A stretch of DNA of 64,000 nt from Camelus dromedarius (Eukaryota), in contig NC_087443.1 in NCBI RefSeq assembly GCF_036321535.1, positions 64,976,001 through 65,040,000 of the forward strand, read 5' to 3'. Made by a program: the position numbers and the translations under genes. The notes beneath the pieces are model-generated. The model searched no databases. It saw only the letters and a list, made by a program, of their open reading frames with translations, and was not told the origin of the DNA. Below, in pieces: positions 47,180 to 60,005 of this stretch. Position 1 is the first letter of the stretch, and every line of letters begins with the position of its first letter.

Positions 47180-47400
47180 AATGACAAGAAAAGATTCCAA
47201 TCATAAGTCTACGATGAACCAAATGTTAAAGGATGAGGAGTGTTTGGGTGGACAGAGGAAAAGATGATGGCAGTAGAATGAGAAAACTCAACATGAAGAT
47301 GACAGGAGGTATGGAGTGGCAGGAGGGAAGAATCCAGATGAACTGCAGCGAGAAACAAGGATGGACAGGGCAACTATGAAGAATTTTGACTCCCAAGTTT
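47180..47400 (-). mobile_element. L2 fragment
   Basis: AAAGGATGAGGAGTGTTTGGGTGGACAGAGG...GGCAGTAGAATGAGAAAACTCAACATGAAG. Confidence 0.4.
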
Positions 47401-48289
47401 AAATTCTTCCAAGCTCCCCAAACAAACGCTCTGTTCACCTGGCCCTCTACAGGCTCATCTCTACCATTGAGCTTTGCTGCTTCCAGAAAGCAGCATTCAA
47501 AGAATGAGCAAAGACTCTGATTGTTCTCAAGATCCCAATCAAAGCTGCAGCTGGTCTATAGGAAGCCTTTGAACCAATTAGGCAAAAGTGTCCTCAACAG
47601 ATGAGTACATGGCTCAGTGAGCAGAGCACACCTTGGCATGATTTCAAGGAGAGCCCTGGGTAGATGTAGCCCCATGTGTAGAGCTTGGCTGATCAACACA
47701 GGCTGACCTCAGTCCCAAGACCTCTCAAGCAGGAGCACACAAACTACTCAAAACTGCACATACCCGCCCCATTCCCAATACATAACCACATTCTCTGGAA
47801 TCACCCTTCAAATTTTCAAAAGTTCATACAAGTTTATATGAGCACAAAAATCATTATTTAACTACTGTAACTATGTAAAGGTGACAATAATTGAAAAACT
47901 ACCATATGACATGTAATATGTCAAAATCCAGTTATTCTACATATGGTAATCAATAGTAAAGATGTTTTTCACATCAGAAAAATACGCAAATATGTTTATT
48001 CCATTATAGTTTATACTGAAATAAAATTAGAATACATATGGTAATTTGGGATAAATTTGATTATGTTAATCATAAGTAGATTATAAAACAGACTCAAATG
48101 TTTATGTCTTACGTTTACATCTTATGTTGCCCATTTTCCATAGGGGAAATATTTATATTAGAATTTTTTTACCAGCCAAAATATAGTCATTATTTTAATG
48201 AAATTGGTTCTTTTTCTTTTTTAAGTATAATTCTACACAGAATTTGATAGCTAGCTATGTATCTTAAATGTACTTATTACAATATGATT

Positions 48290-48480
48290 TAATTAAGTAC
48301 AAAGGAACTTTTGAGGATGTGTCCTAAAACTGAATTGTGGTGATTGTTTCAAAACTGTTTAAATTTAATAAAATTCATTGAACTCTGCACATACTCTTTT
48401 TACCATATAACTTATGTAAGTTAGTATGTACTCTTTTTACTCTACGTTAGCTTAATAAAGTTATTGTTTTTAAAAAGATT
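48290..48480 (+). mobile_element. Old L1M 3' end
   Basis: AAGGAACTTTTGAGGATG...TTGTGGTGATTGTTTCAAAACTG...AAAATTCATTGAACTCTGCAC...GCTTAATAAAGTT. Confidence 0.65.
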
Positions 48481-48604
48481 AAAACTGGTGGCTCTTGGTG
48501 GATCTATTACAAATTCTTTTCATTTATTTCTTATATTTCTCAAGATTTTCCTATTTTTTTAACAATAGTAGGTACTACCTACATAATTAAAAAATAATTT
48601 CAAT

Positions 48605-48740
48605 GCAGTTCAGTTTAACATACACATTTATCTAGCACACATTCTGTGTTTAGCATCATGACAGAATCTAGAGTTGTACAAAATAAAAAATAACATTCTC
48701 TTCCTTAAGGAGATTACAATTGAGTGAGAGTATAAAGAAT
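48605..48740 (-). mobile_element. L2c/d 3' end
   Basis: TTCAGTTTAACATACACATTTATCTAGCAC...ATTCTCTTCCTTAAGGAGATTACAATTGAG. Confidence 0.5.
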
Positions 48741-49464
48741 GCAAACAACTACTTATTTATTGCAGAATGAAATTATTTTTCAATCAAGTTGCAAGTAACA
48801 GGTGTTGGTAGCTAAATGAAAGAAACAATTCATGATTGGCCAAAGGGAAGGGGCAAAAAAAAGAGAAGCTGGCAGGTTTTAATGAGCCACCCAGAGGGCG
48901 ATGCCCATGGCCACATTCTTAATTGGAGTAAACATATTAATATTCATTTGAAAGAAAGGTTTAGCATCAACAGTAAGCATTCTTAACGCTTAGCACACAT
49001 ATTTATATTGGCTAGGGAAAAAATTAACCTTGAGGAGACAGGAAGGTTTTATAGAGGGTACGCAGAAAGAGGAAGAATGGACAAAGGAAAGAAAATTTAC
49101 TATACTGGGAAAAGAAAAAAAATAAATCAGTTTGTACTTTATTGTTGAGAAAAAATAAAATAAAAACAGAAGAGTCTGTTTCAAAAAAATAGTTGTTTCT
49201 CTAACCAAAGTGAAACGAGCAGGGTAGTTACCTCCCACATTGCAGGAGGGAGCTAAGAGCCTCCTTTCTGAAGGCAGTTGCCTCTCTAGGGAAAAGATAA
49301 TGGAGCTAAGCCAATTATGCCCAGGTTACTCTTTACAAATTTCCCAATCAGACACATTATTCCACCTCTCATGGGCTGGAGTCAGTAAAATGGTGGAGAA
49401 AAGCCAGGACCTATACAAAATGAGCTCTCTTTCCAGGGAAGGAATCGTCAGCAGTTCTCTGTCA

Positions 49465-49625
49465 TTACAAGTGGTGTACAAAAATCATCGGTAAAGCTTG
49501 CTAAAAATCTGGATTCCCAATCCAAATACAGTGGATTCTGGGAGAGAACCATTACCTGTATTTAAAACATACGTGCACCCCCCGGCCCCAGGCCCAATCT
49601 GCAGAACCTATTGCAGTAGGTCTGT
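49465..49625. mobile_element. MER5A-like (hAT-Charlie) fragment
   Basis: AATCATCGGTAAAGCTTGCTAAAAATCTGGATTCCC...CTGTATTTAAAACA. Confidence 0.45.
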
Positions 49626-50564
49626 TGATCACATCATTAAAATATAACACCAACTTCGAGGTTTGAGTGTGGGGAACTAACAAAATAGGGAACAAGACAT
49701 AAAACCCTATTATTAATTGTTACCAATCACTAAATTAAGATTCTAGCTGCATACTAGTTCCAAGAGTAATAATGTATTTGTAGAAAAAGTTTTCTTGTTT
49801 TGATTTGATGCAAAGAAAAATCTAAGGAGAATATTGAATATGCCAGATACTTAATAACTTTTAATGGTCTCTCTGTGATCTAAAAACCATTTCTTTAAGT
49901 GATTCCTAAAATGGTATTTGTCAGGAGAACTGGCCAGCAAGAAACCTCCAGCCCATCAGAGGTAACATATAAGGCCTTACAATCCCAGGTCTTATCTCAG
50001 GTTTCTTAAATAAATAGTATTTTGCCTATCCCCTGGTCTGTCAGCTGCAGGTAGACAACTTCACTCTTCCCTGTTCACACTTAACCAGACATTCAGTCTG
50101 AAGAGAGTGGGAGGATGTGGTTTCCAACAAGAAACCACAAGCTTCGATAGATGCCCATATATTCCTTTTTGCAGAGGCTTCCCTGGGAATCTTTTCTAGG
50201 CAATTTAGCCCTTAAAATATCATCATCTGACTGCTTTGATTAATTGTGGTGTCATTTTCTGCTTGAACCAGGTACAGAAATATGTTTATTTCATTTTAAG
50301 AGTGGCCTTCATGTTTAGAAGAAATCAGTTTGCCCCAAATTGAAAGGCCGTGACCCCATTAGCCAGTTCAGATACCACACATCACTTTATTAAAGGTAGA
50401 TTTTGGAGGTATTCTATAATTTCATTTATGATAAGCTATTGTTTGAAGAAAATAAAATGGGCCATCTCCTTGCAGAACTCAGCCAGGCTATGCCTCTGTT
50501 GGGTCAGGCTTCTGAGTTATTCAGTGATCAGACTCACCCTTACTCATCCAGGCTTCCATCCAAT

Positions 50565-51170
50565 GTAACCACAATTAAAGACATAAAGAAGGAATCACAA
50601 CGAGATGGGTTGAAGGGGTGAACTCACAATATAATAAAATCCCATACCCCCATGTAGAAAACCCACAAACTGGAGAATAATTATATTGCAGAGGTTTTCC
50701 CACAGGAGTGAGAGTTCTCAGCCCCAAGTTGGGCTCCCCAGTCCAGGGGTCTGGCACTGGGAAGATGAGTGCCTAAAGCATTTGGCTTTGAAGATGAGCA
50801 GGGCTTAAATTCGAGAGCCCTACAGGAAATAGAGACTTACTCTTCAAGGGCCCCCACAAACTCTCACAGTCATTTGATAGGATCCTGGGACAGACCTACC
50901 TGCTGGTCTCGGAGAGTGTCCCAGACAGGTGGGAGGCAACTGCAGCTCACCCTGGGGATATAGACACTGGCAGCAACCATCTTTGGAAGCTTTCTACCAT
51001 GCAGACACTTGGCACCATCCTGGAATCCTGCCTCTAGTTCATTAGTGTCAAGACCTGTCCCCATCCAACAGTCTTCAGGTGCCAGTGCCGGGACACCTCA
51101 GGCCAAACAACTAAATGGGTGGGGACATAGCCATCAGCAGACAGGCTACCTAAAGACTTCCTGAGCCCTG
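50565..51170 (+). mobile_element. Isolated cetartiodactyl L1 5'UTR segment (no ORF1)
   Basis: AAAGACATAAAGAAGGAATCACAACGAGATGG...ACCCACAAACTGGAGAATAATTAT...CCCACAGGAGTGAGAGTTCT...CAGACCTACCTGCTGG...CCTCAGGCCAAACAAC...CCATCAGCAGACAGGCT. Confidence 0.8.
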
Positions 51171-51259
51171 CAATTGCACAGACCATGATTTGACACCCAG
51201 TTATATGGCCTTGGGCCAATTATTGTTGCATTCCAGTAAGGAAGCTCTTTATATTATGC

Positions 51260-51600
51260 TCCTTACTTGTTTGTTTTATCATAATGGTCTCATGGATTCT
51301 TCTTTTATTCAGTGGGCAATAATTAATAAGCACTCCTTTATTTTCTGGTAAAACAATGTGTTTCAGGTTTATCTTGCATTTTCTTTGCTCTACCCCAAGA
51401 ATAGCCATTTCCTCAAGAAGATCTGGTTTCTATGGATGGAGGATAATATTTAGAAACAAAGATCTGGATGTGAAATATATTTATTACTTGTGGAATCTCA
51501 TTGCTTTTAGCCCATATTTATTTCTATATCTATTTTTTTTAAAAAATGAGTTCATTCTAATATTTCTCAATTCCAATTCAATACTATCTGATACATTCCA
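51260..51600 (-). mobile_element. L1MC4/5-like 3'UTR fragment
   Basis: GTCTCATGGATTCTTCTTTTATTCAGTGG...AGCCATTTCCTCAAGAAG...TATTTAGAAACAAAGATCTGG...ATGAGTTCATTCTAAT...CAATTCCAATTCAA. Confidence 0.7.
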
Positions 51601-52179
51601 CCTCCTGACAGAGGTAGGATGTTAAGGTACCAACTCTCCATGTCACTTTCCTACATGAGATAAGTGGTCTGAGATATGGGAGAGGCCAGGAAGGAGAGGA
51701 CAGAGGAAGTGGCATATAAACATGAGGCTGGAATTTCCAAAGACACGCTTTGTTAAACTTGGCAGAATTTCCCAAACCTCAAAGCATTCCTATTCCATAA
51801 AAAGGAAAACTGGAAGTCACTGCTATATGTTATGTCATTGACACAAATGAGTGATAAAGAAGCAATACCCTAAAACTACTGTCATGTGAGGGATTGACTT
51901 TGTCCAAATGTCAAAACTAAAGAAAACTCAGATTTCCAAAGCAAGCAAGAAAACAAAAATCAGGGCTCATATCATCACTCTAGGAGGGAAAAAAAATACA
52001 AACAAAGAAAGCAAAACCTAAAACAAAGCTAAGGACATTCTCTAGATTTTAGCTCTGTTCATATAGGCAATTTTGAGTACGTAGAAGGTCCCTAAAAAGC
52101 CCATATTGAACTAAACTACAGGCAACTGTTTTCAAACACAGCATAGAATTCTTCCTAGATTTAAGGTGCAGTGTGGCTC

Positions 52180-52410
52180 CAGGTGGAGTTAGACAGTTAG
52201 TTTTGAATGCTGGGTTGAGTGTTGGCTGGGTAAGCCATTTAACAATCAAAGTTTCAGCTCCATCCTCTGTAAGATGAGAATAAAAACAGGGTCTATTTCA
52301 TAGCATCGTTGTGAGGGGTAAATGGGATAATGAGTTTAAGATATTTAGCTAAGTTTTTGACATTTAAGTACTCCATAAATGTTTTATTATCATTGTTATG
52401 ATTATCATCA
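52180..52410 (+). mobile_element. MIR
   Basis: GGGTAAGCCATTTAAC...CTCTGTAAGATGAGAATAA...TTCATAGCATCGTTGTGAGG...GTACTCCATAAATGTT. Confidence 0.75.
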
Positions 52411-53549
52411 CCCTCTAATTGTGAAGCAGGAAACTGAGATCTTGAAATACCATTTAATGAAAAGGGGTGGGAAAGATCATCAACAGCAAACCAGCATCTC
52501 CTCAGAGCTACCCCCGTGAATTCTACTACTGTGGTAAATTAAAAATCAAATACTCAAAAAAAATTTTTAAGCCATTTTAGCACATTCAAAGTCTATAGAA
52601 ATAGGGCAAAAATAGTATTTAAAGTTTTGTAACTTAAAGTCACCACCACCTGATCTCTCCCATTCCCCACTGCCTAGGGGGGAAGCTGTCCACATTGAAA
52701 GCCTCTTAGCCAGCAAATGCACATTAAACTCTCCACCAAGAGAATATAATCGATCCCAGATTCCCTGAACCCACACAGCCCTGCAGAGGCCTCTGGAGGT
52801 CGGGAAGACTCGGTCAGAATTCTCAGCAGTGGAGGCAAGTGCTCTATGAACCTCACCTGGATATAACTCATCCTTAGCACTACAAAATTTTAATGTTGTA
52901 AATATATACAAGCATGACAAGTGGGGGAGCACCAAATGACCATTAGGATTATAATATGTGTGAATAAGCTATCAGAATAGTCTCTGCAAATAAAGGGCCA
53001 TATAACTGCTAATATTCCCACCTCTTCCTAGCAATAATAATGCATCATTTGGCCGAAACAGTTCCTTAAGTACCTTATGTTCTCTGCTGGAACCAAGTCA
53101 TTAATTCCATTTATATAGCTAATGGGGAAGCCCTGAGTCCAAATTAAGGTCCTGAAGAAAAGTACTGGAATTAATGACAGAGGGGAATCATTTTTCTTTA
53201 CAGCTATAAGATTGCTTTGCCAAATAGCACTTTTTTGCTCCTGAGCTTTACTCTGAATACTGAATCATCTACCTAGGAAATAGTTAATACACCCACATCA
53301 ATAGTTTTCGAGTTGGTCAACCCAACATTGCTAGAATCATACAGCATCCCTGGTGCTTTAATACCTCTCTCCTCTAGCATGTCCATACTCCCATCAGCCT
53401 ACAAAAGCCAAGTCAGCTTTTACAGTGTGCCAGTCAACAAGGACAGAAACCTCCAAGCCATGCATGCTCACCCCAAACTCTGCAAGGTGATGCAGTTTTT
53501 TTTAGTTTGTGACTCTCTGCACATGAGAAATAATAGTGCATAATACTTA

Positions 53550-53710
53550 CATGTTTTAGAGCACTCCAGGGTCAGACAGATCTGGTTTATATTTCAGCTC
53601 TACCAACATCTGAAGTTCCTAGGTCAGTTAACATCTTGTAGGCTAGTTTTCCCTGTCTTTAAAGTGAATGGCGAAGGAAGAAGTACTCTTAGAATTCTTT
53701 GGACAATTGC
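53550..53710 (+). mobile_element. MIR
   Basis: TTAGAGCACTCCAGGGTCAGACAGATCTGGTTTATATTTCAGCTCTACCA...TTTTCCCTGTCTTTAAAGTG. Confidence 0.65.
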
Positions 53711-55589
53711 TTATTAATATTAGTAATTAGTGATTCTAAGGAAGAAAGGGAGGAAGGGAGGAAGTAAGGTAAGCAAAGAGAGAGGACTCCCTGAAGAGTC
53801 ACACAGCTTTCCTCAAGAGACCTGAGAGAGGACAGCCTAGAGGGATCCCCCTCCTCAGAGTCCAGGGTCTTTCCTCCCAGAATATGTCCTTGTTCTCCAT
53901 CACTGAAAGGTTCAGGAGCAGGAAAGCTGTGAACCTGAACCAAGCTCCTTCTAGGAGCTGGATCTGAGGGCCCTTCAGCAGAGCTCTCTGTTTCTGATGG
54001 GGGTGGTGGGATATGTGCTGTGAGCAGGTTTAAAGGATACAAAGAGAGGGAGGTGTCAAGCCTGTCTTGTTGCCATGCTTCCAACAGAGAACATCTCTGC
54101 TGAACCACTGCATCCTTACTCTGCAATTACAATCCCAGTTAGAGGAGGAGGTTACAATAAAGCAGCCTAATGCAATTGAGCGACAGTCATTAACCATTCT
54201 GACCACAGGTACTCTCTCTGGGGGAAGGACTGCAGGCCAGTATGCAGCCACTTTAGAGTCTCTCCCTATTTTGTGCCCAGCATGTGAACGGGAGGACCAC
54301 ACCTTATCCCCAAAGAGGCTCAGGTTCCAGGCTCCCTGTGTCCTTAAACATAAAATAGGGGGCCTGAGCCCCTGCTTTGGGGCCATATGCTTTAGTGTAA
54401 ATAGAATGACTCTGCAATTTATTGTCCAAGACATTGTTGAGAGTGAAAGAAAGCACGTGTAACAATGAGTGAGACAACAGGCATAAACTGGGACTGTTCT
54501 AAGCAAACAAGGATATGGGGTCATCCTAAGTGTAAGAGATGCTGAAGCAGGGAGTGATTCTAGTTAGGCTTCATACAAGAAGCAGGAAACGGCCTCTGTG
54601 AAAACTATCTTGTTTTCCCCCTTTAAGTAAGCAAATAAATAAAAAGAAATGATAACATTTTAAAATAAAACATATCAAAACTACTAATATAAAAGTAAGC
54701 AAAACAGAAAAATATAAGAAAAGCACAAAAAAAAATTACTGAAATATCACATGGCTGGCAGGGGGAGGGAACTAGTATCATTTGGTAAAAATCATTTTTC
54801 CCACATTTCCATAGTTGAAGAATAAATAAATAAATGGAAGAACGGGTAGAAAGGGAAAATAATTTTATGAAGAAGGAATCATACTACACTAGATGTTTTT
54901 AATAAAAGATGTGTTTAATAAAAGTGAATTTAATTTTACACGGCATGCAAAAAAGGAAAGTAAAATGAAACCAAGGGGAATGTTGAAACTCACACCAATA
55001 CTTCTCCTCTACAAGAATGATAAGTTTCTATATTCAAACTCCCCAGGTCCCTACAAGACTGCACACCTTAACCCCCTTCTGACATGTCTCCAAACCTATA
55101 CAGGAATAATGTGAATTAAATAGAAGTTAGTTTCCAGCTAAATAAAAAATGCAGCCTTGGCAGCAAGCCTGGGAAATATAAAGATAGTCCTTTTGCCTCA
55201 AAGAACCCACCTTATGATCCTACAATTGGGGTCTTCCATTTACACTTTCTCACACTGGTTGGAGAAAGGCACCTGTTCAGCGTAAATACATTGCCTGGAG
55301 AGGTTGGTCTGATTTAGTGAAGAGAGAGCATGTGGCAAGGAGTCGGGAGATCAGGTCCCTTCATCCAGGGCTGCATCAGAATGTCATTGCTGGGAGCTTT
55401 TTGAGCCGTAGGGTTCTGCCTTCTGCAAATAGTTGATATGAGGAACAATGAGAGACTCAGTGGTGGTGAGGAGGCAGGGATGGCTTTGAAAGTGAAGGTC
55501 TGGGTGGGACAGTAGCCCATTTAGTCACTGCCTCAGGAGCATAGAGCAAGTGGATGAACACAGTGGGATAGGTCACATTCCATGACCAC

Positions 55590-55770
55590 GTTACTTGTTA
55601 TTCAACCTTCCTGAGACTCAGTGTCCACATCTTTAAAATGAGGATATTAATAGAACCTAACTCATAGGGTCAGTCAGGATTATGAAATCCTTTTTACAGG
55701 GTTTCATAAAAAATCCTGTAAAAAGAGTTCAGTATGTCACACAGCTCATCAAAAGCATTAAAAAATTCCA
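55590..55770 (+). mobile_element. MIR carrying a small inverted duplication
   Basis: AACCTTCCTGAGACTCAGTGTCCACATCTTTAAAATGAGGATATTAATAGAACCTAACTCATAGGG. Confidence 0.75.
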
Positions 55771-56099
55771 ACTAACAAAATAAACTAAAACAAGTAAGCT
55801 TTCATGATGAGATCTGGAGAAGTCCCAGGATGGGTCACTTCCTGGGATGGACAGATCTGAATAGGGTTTGGAAATGGGGAGATGAGGCTGCCCTAGAATA
55901 GCACTGTGGACACTTGAAATGGAAACCGGGAGAGGAGGAAGCAAATTCTTCCAAATCAGGTCTTTACCTAAGCCAGCCTTGCCAAGCGTGGCTCATATGT
56001 AATATTTACAAGGTGTTTAACTCTCTGCAGACTACTACATGTGCTGGAGAAGATTCATCAGTGTGGCTTGGAAGTTATGAACCTGTACTTTGACTCAAT

Positions 56100-56315
56100 C
56101 ATCCATAGATACGAATCCAAGCCCTGCCTTGGATGAGCAATGTGACCATGGGCAAGTTACCCAACCTCTCTGAGCCTGATTCTTCATCCACAAAATGGCG
56201 AAAAGGATCAATTTCATAGAGCTGTAGGGAGGAGTAAATGAGACTGTGTGTGAGGTATGTCTCTCATAGGGCCTGTTACCTGGAGCATGTACTCAATAAA
56301 TGGTAACTCCTATTA
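56100..56315 (+). mobile_element. MIR (well preserved)
   Basis: CGAATCCAAGCCCTGCC...TGTGACCATGGGCAAGTTACCCAACCTCTCTGAGCCTG...TACTCAATAAATGGTAACT. Confidence 0.88.
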
Positions 56316-56442
56316 CAAATTTGTGTATCTGTCCCTGCCTCTGAAAAGTTTACAGTACAGTTTTAGGGGCAAATCTAATACACTAAAAGATGAGCCCACA
56401 GTAGATAGCAGAGAACTGTTAAGTGCTAAAATTAAGGAAAAA

Positions 56443-56530
56443 TTCAGTCAGTATGTATTTACTGAGCACATAGTATGAGCCAGTCACTGTGCTATTGTTG
56501 CCGGTGACTAGGTTCTTTTCCCGTTGCAGA
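56443..56530 (-). mobile_element. L2 3' end
   Basis: TTCAGTCAGTATGTATTTACTGAGCACATAGTATGAGCCAGTCACTGTGCTA. Confidence 0.65.
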
Positions 56531-59347
56531 TGGGCAGAATATTCACTGGGGAGGGAAGGCTTTGGGGTCATGTTACCTTCCCTGATTTTCATTCCAGCTC
56601 CACCTTCCTGAAGGGAGGAGGGATTTTTGTCCTTATTTAGTCTGGATCTGAAGTGCCATGGCATCAGTGCATGATGGTTACTTCTGCAAGGCTAACTTTA
56701 CTGACATGAGGGCATAATGAGCAAAAGGTTACATTTGGACATTGGAGATTCCTGCCTTTTCCCACTTTTGTCAGCCTCCAGGCCACTTGTCACTCCAAAA
56801 TTTGTGGCCACTTACCAGCCCAGAGGTTACTGCTTTTCTTTCTCTGCCCAGGGACCCCCGTTGTTTACACAGTTTATGGTTTCCTGCATTTGGCCCATGC
56901 CCCTGTTTTTTCCCCAATTCCTGCCATTTGGCCTGTGTCCCTCTTTCTCTGCTCATATCTAGTTATCTGCCTGCTCTAACACTATTAGCTGGAGATATAT
57001 TAATGAATAAAATGGCCATATTTCAGATCTTACCACCTAAGGGTACTAGTGACTCACTGAGTCTGTGCCACCCAGCTCCCTTCCACTGCTGAAGTTCAGA
57101 CCAGAAAGTCTGAATATGGGTACTTCTCTCTAAGAAACATTCATCTCTCAAACAAGCAGGAAGAAAGGGAGCTTCAGGCGCTCACAGCCTATTTGCCATC
57201 TCCCCCTTAGCTAACGTAACCAGCAGAAACTTGCAGGAAGCTCAGATAATTCCCAGATCTAAAATCTCAGAGTCAAGAGCTTTAGTCCTGAGGCCTGATT
57301 TGCATTCATGAATATGCAGTAGCACAAGCCTCTTGCTTGGGATTTCTGCCCTTTGATGAGTGGTGGGGCTGTGTTTGTGGGTGTACATTGTCCCTTCCTG
57401 AATAGAGTGCATAGTCAGGAAATGTGGGTCTCAGAGCTACCAGGGAGGGAGGAACCACCCCTAATCTTCAGTCCCTGCCATTTTTCTGCAACTGAATCTC
57501 ACGCTAGCCTTTCTCATCTTGAAACTTTTGTCAGTTCTGTTTTGAAACAGAACAATGATATGATATTTTTATTTCCTCCAGCCCTACTTTTGAGTGATGG
57601 GAAGCATATGATTTAACTGGAAAGTGCTTCTACTAATAACCTTCTCAGACTCAAAAAGCCCCAAGAAAGAAAACACCAGAAATACTGTAATCTAGGCTGA
57701 TCTTAAAAGCAGAGCCAAATAGCTTTTGTATCACAGATTCAAGAGAGAGAGAGTTTAATCTTGGACATTAGCAGGGAATTCTATTTTCACTGAAAGGGCA
57801 TTTGTGTCATAAGAGGATTTCTGAAATACAGTTAGAAGGATTCTTGCCCCTCTTCTTTGGTTTTTGCCGTGAAAAGACAGCAGCCCAAGACAGCTTCATG
57901 GACTTGGCATCACCACCATCACCTCCCTCACCCTTTGTCGCAGCACCAGCACCCTCTTGAATTTTGTTGATGGGGCCCAAAAGTTCCCTCTAGTGTTGAG
58001 GTACCTCCTTGGAGGAGGAAGTCAGTCTTTGAAGCCATGGCTGGACATATCTCTACACTCTTGAGGTTACAGAGAGTTTCCCACATGTTCTCACAGTTTC
58101 CAAACTCCAGTAACAGACTGAGTGACAGTCCCAAATTCCTCTTCATGTGTTCCCATGTGAAGGAAAGGGACACCTCGGCAGATCACCTAACAGAAGCCAC
58201 TCTGCTGACCCTGGAGTTTTCCTAGATAGGCGAATTAAATTCCAGCTGCTGCTCTGAGATTAAAGAGGAAGTTTGGAGGGGGGGGGTCAAAATGATATAA
58301 TTTTATTTCAGTGTCCTGAAAATGTGGTTCAAAGACCATCCATCACAATCACCTGGAGGATTTTAGGACTCAATGATCTAGTTATTGGAGGTGATTGATG
58401 ATAAGGCTCTCAGAAAAGGAAAAGAGAATAGAAAATATGATCCATGATTCCTTCCCCCACTACCCAAAGATTTACACCCAATTATCTTTAAAGAAGATAT
58501 CTCTGTCAGCTCAGTTAAGGGTGTGTTTGATAAACCTGACCCCAAAACTCTTCCTGACTCACAAATATGTACCCTGGAGACAGGCTTCCCTTTAGGACCC
58601 TCTCCTCCTTTGTGCTTCTCTTCTTCCAAGATGGATTCATGGGTGCATTTACTTTCCTGGCAGATTTCCTGGTCCTCAACCATACATCAATCCCTTTTCT
58701 GCCAAATTGACTTAGATGATGTAGTATGCATGGAAAAAGAAGAAGAAAAATCTCCAAACCCTAAACTTCACCTCTCTCTCTCTTTAAAATTTTACATCTG
58801 CAGGTGCTGTGGCTCTCAATAGCTTGTTCATTTATTTAGGAACATTAAAAGAAAAATGATCAAATATTAAATCCCCAGGCATAAACATGATCAAAAAAAG
58901 AAAGAAAGAAAATGGATGACTGCTAGCAATAATTTGCAATATTACAGTGTTCTGACATGCTGTAAGTTTTTCAACCTTAAGCAAGAGACATTTTGATGAC
59001 TTTAGAGTTCTCTTTATGAAACTTTTTCTCCCTTTCTGTTTCAAAACTGCTGATTTTTTTAATCCTTAGCTCTCTCATTGTTGCATACATCTCTAAATTT
59101 CAAAGCCAGTGTCCACTTGGAGAAAGCTCAGTTCATTATATGGGCACTCTCAGCTGGCAGAAGCAGAGGCTTTCAAAGACTGAAACACTGCTGCCTGCTC
59201 CCTGCAGAAACTCTTCGCCCTAGAAATGCAGGAGGCCCCAAGGAGTTATTATTAGCTTAATAATAACAATCTCTTAGACATACATCATAAGAATTAAGAT
59301 ATTTCTAATCACATAAAACCAAATCCCACCCCTGCCAATCTGGAGAT

Positions 59348-59522
59348 GTGAAACTTGGGGCACTGGCTTAATTTCTCTAAGCTTCAATTTCTTCATCTGT
59401 AGAATGTAAGTGACAGCAGTACCCACCTCATAGGGCAGTAGTGAATGTCAAATAACATTGGGCTTGTACAAGGCTTAGCAGGAGCCTGGCATGTACCATG
59501 TGCTCTGTAAATGGTGCTTACA
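59348..59522 (+). mobile_element. MIR
   Basis: CTCTAAGCTTCAATTTCTTCATCTGTAGAATG...GTACCCACCTCATAGGG...GGCTTAGCAGGAGCCTGGCATGT. Confidence 0.85.
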
Positions 59523-59899
59523 GATGTGTGGATGTCTGCTCTCCTCCTCACCCTTGCCTCTTGTCACTCTGTAAGCAAAGAAATGCCTTTAGCTCCAGAG
59601 GAAAACCCAAGCAAAGCAGAGGAATCCTGCTGTTTGACAGATGCATTCTCCACCTAAGGCTCTCCCTCTGGTCCCATCATAACCAGCCTCCCAACATTCC
59701 TGTAGCCTCTTCATCTTACATCTCCATCCAGTGGACACATGCATTCGCTTTCTAACTCATCTTTATTTCTAATACTCTGTGATCGTCTCCATAAAAGCCC
59801 ATTCAGAAAATAACAGTGTTTAAAAATTCCTTACCAAGCAGAAAGTGTAAGACTGAGCAACACAAAGAAACTTTAGAGTCACCAACTTAGGAGAACTGA

Positions 59900-60005
59900 C
59901 CTGTTTGATAACCCTGAAGAAGAATTAAACAGGCTTTTCAAATGGTCAAAGGAACAAAAATCATACCATTGAGGGAAAGATGTTTGAAATTTGTTTGGGG
60001 GAATG
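59900..60005 (+). mobile_element. Possible CR1/L3 RT C-terminal fragment
   Basis: Translates EELNRLFKWSKEQK, reminiscent of the CR1 QxDLDRLxxW motif; very short. Confidence 0.25.

Noticed and set aside
52835-52880. Strong minus-strand donor CAG|GTGAGG at 52857 with a 23-nt micro-exon (AKDELYP)
   Set aside because: Weak acceptor and no supporting neighbouring exons.
58378-58822. Three overlapping ORFs of 80-101 aa
   Set aside because: No homology, no splice signals; purine/pyrimidine skew explains the open frames.
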